Shown here: in pieces, positions 55,601 through 64,000 of the stretch | Numbering within the stretch: position 1 is the stretch's first letter | Layout of the letters: each line of letters starts with the position of its first letter | DNA from: Neophaeotheca triangularis | Taxonomy: Eukaryota | Assembly: GCA_054600435.1 (NCBI GenBank) | Contig: BAAIJX010000033.1 | Span: 1-64,000, forward strand | Reading direction: 5' to 3' | Length of the DNA: 64,000 bases | Translations under genes and position numbers: made by a program | The notes under the pieces: generated by a model | What the model was told of the DNA's origin: nothing | The model's database searches: none | Seen by the model: only the letters and a program-made list of their open reading frames with translations

Positions 55601-56514
55601 GCGTCCCTGACTACCTCGTATTCCGCCTCCTTCCATCCCTTCAAGCTTTTCTCGACCAAGATCTGAGGGCTCAGGGTCAAGGATCTCGCCGAAAGGTTCC
55701 TCAATTCCTCGGGGTTGTTCGCAAAACCGCTACCCAAACCACCAAGCGCGTACGCAGCACGGACGATGATGGGGTAACCGACAGTTTCGGCGGCCTCCAA
55801 AGCCTCCTCAACCGTGTTCACGGCCAGCGACTCCGCAATAGGGATGTTGATCTCGTGCAATGCTTGACTAAACAGGTCGCGATCCTCGCTCGTCTCGAGC
55901 GTCTTGATACTCGTACCAAGGACCTTGACTCCGTATCTCTCGAAGACTCCCATCTTCTCCATCTTGACACCCAGGTTGAGCGCAGTCTGCCCACCAAAGC
56001 TCAGGAAGATACCATCTGGCTGTTCCTTTTCAATGACATAAGTCACATATTCTGGCGTGACGGGCAAGTAGTAGACCTCATCAGCCAGAACGTGAGCAGT
56101 CTGGATTGTAGCAATGTTCGGGTTGATGAGCACAGATTGCACGCCAGCTTCCTTGAGCGCTTTCAGAGCTTGCGAGCCAGAGTAATCGAACTCTCCAGCT
56201 TGGCCAATACTGAGGCCACCGGAACCAATGACGAGGACTTTCTTGACATCGACGAGGTTCTGAGCGCCGGCGATCGCGCCAGACTCGAGGTAGGCTTTCG
56301 CATTGGGCGCGACTTGGCTCTGATTACTTGCGTAGCGTTTTGCGGATCGGGGAGTGAAGCGCTGGGTCGAGAGAGGCTTCTGCGACTGCTTCTCAAGGTA
56401 TGCGGTTCGGGAAGGGGTCAGGCACACAAAGGCACGCGACGCTGAGAGTGTCTTGGGGGCGGACTGCTTGCATTGTTGCAGCACCGGACGAGCCAGGCGG
56501 CCGCTGAGAGCCAT
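52699..56514 (-). CDS. CPA2: Arginine-specific carbamoyl-phosphate synthase large chain with mitochondrial presequence, 3 exons
   Basis: Arg/Ser-rich presequence, [22 protein letters not shown], two ATP-grasp domains and an MGS-like C-terminus. Introns 54257-54495 and 52807-52873. Confidence 0.96.
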
Positions 56515-56755
56515 AGCGAAGGCTCAAAACACACTTTGGTGCGTCAATAGAGGAAGACTGAGACTGACAGGAAGATGAGACCCGGCGAGAGGGCCTGGGA
56601 GCCTTTGTTGAACCTTTCAATGGCAGACAACACTTTTTTTCTTTCCCCAGTCATACCGCGAGAAGTCGGAACAATGTCAGAGCTCGGACCGCACAGACAA
56701 GGGCGCTAGCGCGCTTGTTAGCGGCAGATCTTGGTAAGCCTCGCTGACAGACCGC

Positions 56756-56792
<37 letters not shown>

Positions 56793-56818
56793 GTAATAAT
56801 AACAATAACAATAACAAT
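56756..56818. repeat. (AAT)n microsatellite grading into (AACAAT)n
   Basis: Direct reading. Confidence 0.9.
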
Positions 56819-57166
56819 ATGACCGATTCATCGACCAATCAACCTGGAGAAATGTTTAAATATTCCATCGAATTATACATCCAGCCAGTAGGTTGGCGAC
56901 GAGTTTGGGTCTCTGCAAATCGCAATAACAAAGACCGACATGTGCTAGTACACCAGTCGGCGCAACCGGCAACAGCCTCCTGGATCAACGCCGGACAATA
57001 CCAAAAACTTTGATGCCAAGCTTTGTCGCGCAGCGTAACTTAAGTTAGTAGACGCGCTCAATTATTACGTGCTCATGCCTTGTAACTTTACCCGTGATTT
57101 GGAAGAAGGTGCCTAACCGTGGTCATGAAGAATGCAGTAAAGTTATTAATGGTAATACACGGTTAT

Positions 57167-60135
57167 CTATGCAACACTCGCGAAAGCCCTCTTCTTCCGC
57201 CCTTTACTCATATCCTCCTCCTCTACTGGCTCATCATACAGATAATCTCCCTTCTCGGCTTCGAGGGCGTCCCTTCCCATGATGCCCAAACCCGCCAGGT
57301 TGAAGCCCAGAATGTCCCGCTCTTCATCCTGCCAGGCCTCATACGCTTCCAGTATCTCGCTCAACACTGACCTGAGCTGCCTGCTGGCAACAATCTGCTG
57401 CATGTGGGCTTGTAGAAGGAAGTATGTGACTCTCCAGGCAAGCTCAGGCCGCGTATGCCGACGCATGAAGATGGCCAAAAACGTGAAGAGAGCCGGTAAT
57501 GTGGCAAACGGTATCACGAGGAGAGCGTCGTTCAGCGCGGGGGCAGGTATTTTGACGAGCGTAGATAGTACATGCTGCTCGGCACTGATGTTGCCAAGTG
57601 CGAGAAACATCGGGTTCCTCTGAGGTGGAGCGAGCTTAGGGTTCCTTGCTTTCTCGGCCTGGTACGTCGTCATCTCTTGTAAGTCCGGGACAGCAATCTC
57701 GAGAGCTTCCACGATTTTCTCCCCATGCGTAAGGGTTGCGATGGTCTGTTTGCTGGCTGCTGCAACCTCATCGCCCTGTTGCTCCTCGTCTTGAGCGTCG
57801 CGATCGAGGTTTTGCGCCAATGTAGACTCATACATCTCTTCCAGCTCCTTTTCGCGCTCCTCTTCAAGGAAGATGAGATCGTCGCCAACTTCCCACAAGC
57901 GAATGGACTTGTCGTGACCAGCAGTGACCACAGTCTCACCTGTGCGACTTACAGCCATGGCCCATACCTCTCCCTTGTGGCCTTCCAACCGCTGTATTTG
58001 CTCGAATTTGTCGCCATCCCAGGATTTGACAACGCCATCCTTGCTCGTCGAGAAGAGTATGTGTTTCTCGTCCTGTTCGATGGGGTGGGGGATGAATGAG
58101 ACCGCCATAACCGAGTCTTGGTGTGCGAAGAAAGCTCGGTGACAGTCTCCAAAGTCCAAGCCCCATATTCTCACATTCTTGTCGGCGCTGCACGTCGCAA
58201 TTAGTTTGTTATCGATGCTAATGCTGATGTTCAGCACTGGCAATTTATGTCCGTAAAGGGTGAGGAAAAGCTTCAGAGAATCGGTGAAGAAAATTTTCAC
58301 GGTGTTGTCCAGAGTTGAGAGGGCAAGGAGGCGGTGGTCGGGCGAGAAACAGAGAGATAGAATGTCATCTGCCACCTTTAGCTGCCGCGTCTGCGTCAAC
58401 TTCAGACGTTGAGTGGTCCGCCGCGTTCCAGGAACCTCTTCGTCGACAATGTCAAAACGCCAAAACTTAGCATGCTTGTCTGCTGAACCAGTGACTACGC
58501 TTTTACCGTCAGGCGCAACAGCCATAGTCCAAATGGCGCCATCATGCGCTTTGAAGGATTCGATGAGCGTGGAAGTTCCAATGTCGTAGAGTTCAAGGTC
58601 GCCTGCTTTAGTCCCCAGGAGGATGATGCGATCGCCGGGAAGGAAGGCTGAACAAAGTGCTTGGCCACAGTCTAATGTTCGCAAACATGACTGGGTCCGC
58701 AGGTTCCATACTTTCAGCGCACCGGCAGAGGCCGAGGCAAGCATGCGGTCGTCCGATGATAGAGCCAGAGTTCGCACATCTGCTCGATGACCTGGGATGT
58801 CAAGAGCAAGGGAACGGCTGTAGTCGGGCGCTTCCTTGCTCATGGACTTTTGTTTGCTCAAATGGGACGTAACGCCGTAGAGCTCGAGCTGGTTGTTGGT
58901 CGTGGCGACCAAAAGTTGCAGGCTCTTGCTGGTTTTGCTCTTCGTCGGCCAGTCTATGGATCGTACTTTGCCGCCTGTTCGTACAATCACATACGAGACA
59001 AAAACATCGGTGATGCTTGCCTTTTCCAAGCCGTCGTCTGCTTCTGCGGGTAGAGCCTCGCCGCTCTCCTTGGCCTTTTCCCGTCTCCGTCTTCGTTTCC
59101 TGGCTAGACTCCTCTGAACCTCTTCGGCACTTCGCATCCGCCAAATCTCAACGGCCTTGTCTGAGCCATGCACAGCCACATAGTCGTGCTTAGGATGGTA
59201 AAAGATTCCCATGGTACGGTCTTTGCCTTGTCGATAGACAGCTCCTTGACTGTTCAATACATCGCTCGCCTTCTTACCGTCTCGTACGTTTGAATTGAAT
59301 TCCGCCAGTGTGTCCAGATCAAGTCTCCAAATCCTAAGTTCCCCTTCGTTTCCAGCGGTGATGCAGCTTTCGCCGTCCTGTGAAACTCCCAGAGCCCAGC
59401 ATTCTCCGCTAGTCTGGGCAACGTGGGTCTCAATACAGTGTGGAGAGCTGAGGTCCCAGATCTTGATCAATGCGTCCTTGGAAGTAGATAGCAGGAATTT
59501 CTCCTCGACTTCGTCCTCGCTTTCACTCATACCGACACCCTCGTCAGTGTGCGGGCTCTGCCTTCCTGTAGAGACTATCGTTCGCAGAAAGCTCAATCCT
59601 GTGATCTGGTCCTTGTGTCCCCTCAAGCGGAACTCGGCGGTTTCGCTTAACAGATTCCACACGATGATATCCGTGTCTTTGCTGCCGCTTGCCAGACGAC
59701 TGCCTTCTCGATCGAAACGAACATGTGTGACGGCGCTCCTGTGCCCGTTGAAGTTGACGACGACTTGCCCTGAAAGCGCATCCCAGATCCGGATACTGCC
59801 ATCAGCGTATCCAACCGCAAAGAGATCGGGTTGCACGTCGCATTGTGATATGCATGTCACCTCTGCACGGTTGGCGGAGTCGTGCCATTTAGACAGAAGC
59901 TCGCCTTTCTTGATGTCCCAGCAGAGAACCTCCTCGTTGGCGCCAACGTAAGCACGACCGGCTCCAGTGGAAAGACTGTTGCTGCTGGTGAGAGAATCCG
60001 GTGTCCAGACGCAATTTGAAGACGCTGTGGTGATTGTCCCGAAGGCTTGAGTAGCCTCGTATTTCCTGTGAGCGTTAGCGAATCTTCAAAGACTGCCATA
60101 GGAGCGAGCCAAACGTACCTGTAAGAGCGCACCAT
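57167..60135 (-). CDS. UTP12: U3 snoRNP/SSU processome WD40 protein Utp12/Dip2, 2 exons
   Basis: MVRSYR/KYE via intron 60066-60118, tandem WD40 repeats, LTLYGHKLPVL, WGLDFGDCHR and a Utp12 C-terminal domain (GFNLAGL). Confidence 0.94.
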
Positions 60136-60413
60136 TATTGCGAATGCAAAGTCGTCAAGTCGGTCTGTCTCGAACTTTTTGCGCCTCTTGCAGACTTGCG
60201 TCTCTTACCCCACACTAAGAACTAGGGTACTTACTACAGGCTTGTGCTTGCTCCCGCAGAGCCTCTCCAGCCAGCCCACTTCACGTACGCAACCCGCCGG
60301 CAAGCACAGCTAAGCGCACCTAGACAGCCTGAGGTGTATACCACTTGATCTTATTAACGTCGAGACACCTCTGTCCCTCCCCGGACCGTCCATCTAAGCT
60401 CCCCTCAGCCACC

Positions 60414-61565
60414 ATGCTTCTTCTCGACTATCAGAACGTCCTCATTGAGAGCTTACTCAAGGACCGCTTTGCTCCCGAGTAAGTGCCAGACCCTCCACTA
60501 CGGCCTGCCCGAGACCCCTCATATTGACCACGTACCGCCTCCAGTGCCTCTCCAAGCTCCATTGACCAAATTGTATCCGACTTCGACAATGTGACCTTCC
60601 ACATCAGCACTCCAAACTCAAAGTCCCAGATCCTCGTCTCAATCGCGGTCAAATGCTATCCGGAACTCTTGAACTACGGCGCCCAGGCCATTCTGGAACG
60701 CGAATACGGCTCCATGATAGTAGAGCCCGAGCAAGGCTACAATTTCTCCGTCCAAATCGACCTTGAGAACCTGCCGGAATCACAAGAGGAGAGGGACGAA
60801 ATCATCAGGAAGATCAGTCTTATGAAACGCAATGCCATGGCCGCGCCCTTTGAGCAGGCCTTTGAAGAGTATACTGCGTTGCACGAAGAGGCATCAAAGT
60901 ACACCTCGGAGTCTGCACCGGCGGGTGTCAAAGAGGGAGGCGAGGTTAGAGCGATTCACTACCGCGAAGAGGAAGCGATATACATCAAGGCCAGCCACGA
61001 TCGGGTGACTGTCATTTTCTCAACCGTCTTCCGGGAAGAAACGGATCGTATCTATGGCAAGGTGTTTCTGCAAGAATTTGTCGATGCTCGGAGACGAGCT
61101 ATCCAAAATGCCCCTCAAGTGCTCTTCCGCAACGATCCCCCCATGGAACTCCAGGGTATGAAGGGCCTCAACCCATCAAAAGGGGATGTCGGCTACGTCA
61201 CATTCGGTAAGTATCAAACTTCGACCGGGACTACGACCAAATACGCTGACGAGACGAATCAAGTACTTTTCCCCCGCCACCTCACGCCCCAGAGAAGAGA
61301 AGAAGTCATCTCGCACATTCAGACCTTCCGCGACTACTTTCACTACCACATCAAAGCGAGTAAAGCGTACATCCACAGCCGCATGCGTAGACGGACGGCC
61401 GACTTTTTGCAAGGTGAGTTCCAGTCCGCCCACGTCAAAACCGTGTGCCTTTGTAATCGGTTCGATGCAACGATGCTGACTTGTTCCCCAGTGCTACGGA
61501 GAGCGAGGCCCGAGACGGAAGAGAAGGAGAGGAAGACGGCGAGTGGGCGAACTTTCAGGGGTTGA
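60414..61565 (+). CDS. ARC35: Arp2/3 complex 34-kDa subunit (ARPC2), 4 exons
   Basis: MLLLDYQN start, DFDNVTFHIS, DRVTVIFST, KVFLQEFVDAR and YFHYHIKASKAYIHSRMR. Introns 60479-60544, 61207-61263 and 61414-61491. Confidence 0.95.
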
Positions 61566-61905
61566 ACGTGTATCGAGGGGTGAGAGGATCCCAGTACGGG
61601 TCGCAAAAATAAGATTCTGGAGAGGTCGCGTAGGAGGCTCTGAGCGGTCTATTCTCTGGAGGCTGAGAGCCTATGCTTCATGTCGGAAGCACGACCGGTT
61701 AATACAACAAGACATTCAATCTACAAGACTACCAGCCTCCCAGGGCTAAATCAAGCATCACTGATTGGCAAAGATGTGAAATCAAAAAAAAAAAAAGAAA
61801 AAAAAAAGGAAGAAATCTACAAGTCCAATATCATGACAGAGCTCCCAGTAAATTCGTAAATGTAGTAAACAGACGTAATATTCGAACAAGATGTAAAAGA
61901 ATCGC

Positions 61906-63302
61906 TCAACGATTTGCAGTGCCAGCCTCAAGCGCCCCAGGATCAGTTCCCTCCATGAACTGTCCTTGAGCTGCGGTGTTTCTCCTCCCAAAACGCGGCA
62001 ATCTGCTCCGCCAACCGCGGCTTTGCTGCTCTTGTTCTTGCTGCTGTTGCCTCGCTTCATCAGGTGCTGGTGAAATGTAAGCCCCGACGCCAGCGTCTTG
62101 CTCCCTTCGCCGCCGCTCCCGCCGCCGTGGCGACTCATTGTAGTCGTCCCTCACTGGTGCGTTCCCGGTAAACAGCATTCTCGGGTCAGCAAAGAGAATC
62201 CTCGGCCTGAGCATGGTTCCGCTCCTAGTGGTCCACGCGGGCTCCGGGTTTCGCGGAACGTTCATGCCTCTCATGCCCCGTCGCCTCCCACTCGGCTGTG
62301 CCGCCTCTTCGCCATCCTGCCTTGGCTTGGGGACGTAATAATCGGCCTTGCAAAGTGGGCAGCAGGCGCGGCGGGAGGTGAGCCAAGGATCCACACAGGC
62401 GGCGTGGAACGCGTGGCCACAGGTAAGGCCTCTAACATCATCCAGGTCTTCAAGGATATCAAGGCAAATGGCACAGCTATCCCCCGAGGCGGCTGCGAGC
62501 ATTTCTGGTGGTGCGGCAGTCCTAATAGGATCGTCTTCGTCTTCCGAGTCGGCCACACTATCGTTTCTGTGTTTAGGAGCGGCATCGTTATCTACATCCC
62601 GGTCGGTCATGGTTGTATCGGCAGTATCCATGCGCTCGACAGTCATGCGCTTCTCAGACTTGGTCGGGGAGGAAGGACCTTGGATCTCTGGTGCGGAACC
62701 GATGGCGGGGGTAGCGTGATCTTGCGAAGCGATGCCGGAAACTTGATTGCTTCTCGAGCTCTCCACACTGCCTCTGTTCTCCTTGTTCTCGTCGAGGACT
62801 CCGCCTTCTTCCTTGATACTGGCTGCCCTGCTCGGCGGCATAGAGAGTCCACCGGCAGCGGGTAGTCCTTCCGCTTCTCGCGAAGATCTCCATGATTTGT
62901 ATTTGGTCAATGGGAACCTCTCGTTCACCTCCTCCATGCTCATCAGTTTCTTCTCCTTTCGCCGTCTGTGAGGACGGCCGGGCATAGCGGCAAGGTCTAT
63001 CGGGTCGCCATTCTCGTTGAGCCGGCCGGCGGCAGCAGCTGCTCGATTGCGTTGATTGTAGCGGAAACAGTATTTGACGCCAACAATGATCCTGTAGCAA
63101 ACTGGTGAGCAAGGTTACACGCTTGGGACGGTAAGTGAGCAAAATCCTACCATAAGTTGGTGAATACCACACCGAAGCCAAGGGCGACAAAGAATAGCAA
63201 GGGCGAACTCGTTGGTCCTCCCCCTCCGCCGCCACTGTCGCCATCATCGCTCGTCGACGACGGGGAAGGGCTGGTCAGGGTCGATGTAGGATCGGCAGAC
63301 AT
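61906..63302 (-). CDS. Membrane-anchored RING-H2 E3 ubiquitin ligase, 2 exons
   Basis: ATG 63302. The TM SPLLFFVALGFGVVFTNLW/IIVGVKYCFRY is joined by intron 63092-63150. RING-H2 CAICLD..CGHAFHAACVDPWL..CPLC. Confidence 0.9.
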
Positions 63303-64000
63303 GTTTGTGTATGACGATACCTAGGCAATCGCTAGTGCTGGTTCTTGCCTTTTAGTTGTGACCAAGCCGGGGTTGTGAAGTGCACCGGGGTCGGCAATGG
63401 CGATGCTGTCGGGGCCTGAGTTCTAGGTAGTAGTTGTAGTCGGTCGCAAGGGACGTGTCGGCAAGATTGAGAAACGAAGTGCCTGTAGAGTGCGTAAAAA
63501 CGTTGTCGAGTTACTACGTGGCTCAGATGGCAGCTGACAGGACAATAGCGCAGAGTGCCATTCACTTCCGTCGAGGTCCGGGATTTACAGTGCTACTGAA
63601 GCGTACGCGGGATGGCCGGCTGAAGCGATTGCGACTGAGAGGCGTCTAATGCGAATGCGGTGTATGGAGGTGGCGATGAGAAGGGGTAAGGCAGGTAGGC
63701 TAGAAGAGGATAGGATAGGATGGAATAATGGAATGGGATGGAATAGAGATGCAAAGAGGCAAAAGCAATAGCGTGGGAAGAAAGACCCTGCAGTTGTGTC
63801 GGCAGAGTAGAGTTGGGAGCAGGCGGGACAGGGCGTCCGCGTCCGCAGTCGGCAGTAGTAGTGAGGTATACTGTGTGGCAGAGGACGTGTCGGGCGGAGA
63901 GGGAGAATAATGTGGGAGAATAAGGTAACAACGTTAGTTAATGGGAGATGCCCGCAGACGGAACGTCGACGGTCGGGGAGGGGGAGTCGAGCAAGTCGGG

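Noticed and set aside
56544..56654. 36-codon upstream ORF before CPA2
   Set aside because: It does not resemble the arginine attenuator peptide, which belongs to the small-subunit gene CPA1/arg-2, and it may lie outside the transcript.

Overview
This is a eukaryotic, gene-dense window from a filamentous ascomycete (Pezizomycotina, probably a Dothideomycete; the taxon is inferred). The evidence is short GT-AG introns with CTRAC branch sites and about 27 mostly housekeeping genes. In order these are: DUF1746/Dsc4-like, RFC2, MEX67, a hexokinase paralog, CAP2, PWP1, TRR1, a hypothetical gene, ATG14-like, a GH17 glucanase, cyclophilin H, VAS1, a 3-exon orphan, RPP1, CK2 alpha, SF3B1/HSH155, Nudix PCD1, a cupin, LCL3, AMS1, RAX2, CaMK, a UBE2W-like E2, CPA2, UTP12, ARC35 and a RING-H2 ligase. 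I could not support any tRNA, rRNA, CRISPR array or intact transposon. The most interesting signals are post-transcriptional. (1) The MEX67 (mRNA export receptor) intron folds almost end to end into a long hairpin with a symmetric internal-loop motif, a candidate CTE-like autoregulatory element. (2) TRR1 and VAS1 both have CUG-initiated extensions that look like mitochondrial presequences. (3) The hexokinase paralog ends in the PTS1 tripeptide SRL. (4) PCD1 has coupled alternative AUG/5' splice-site pairs. (5) CPA2 has a long, structured intron. Gene models were built by hand and family calls come from motif recognition; no database searches were run.
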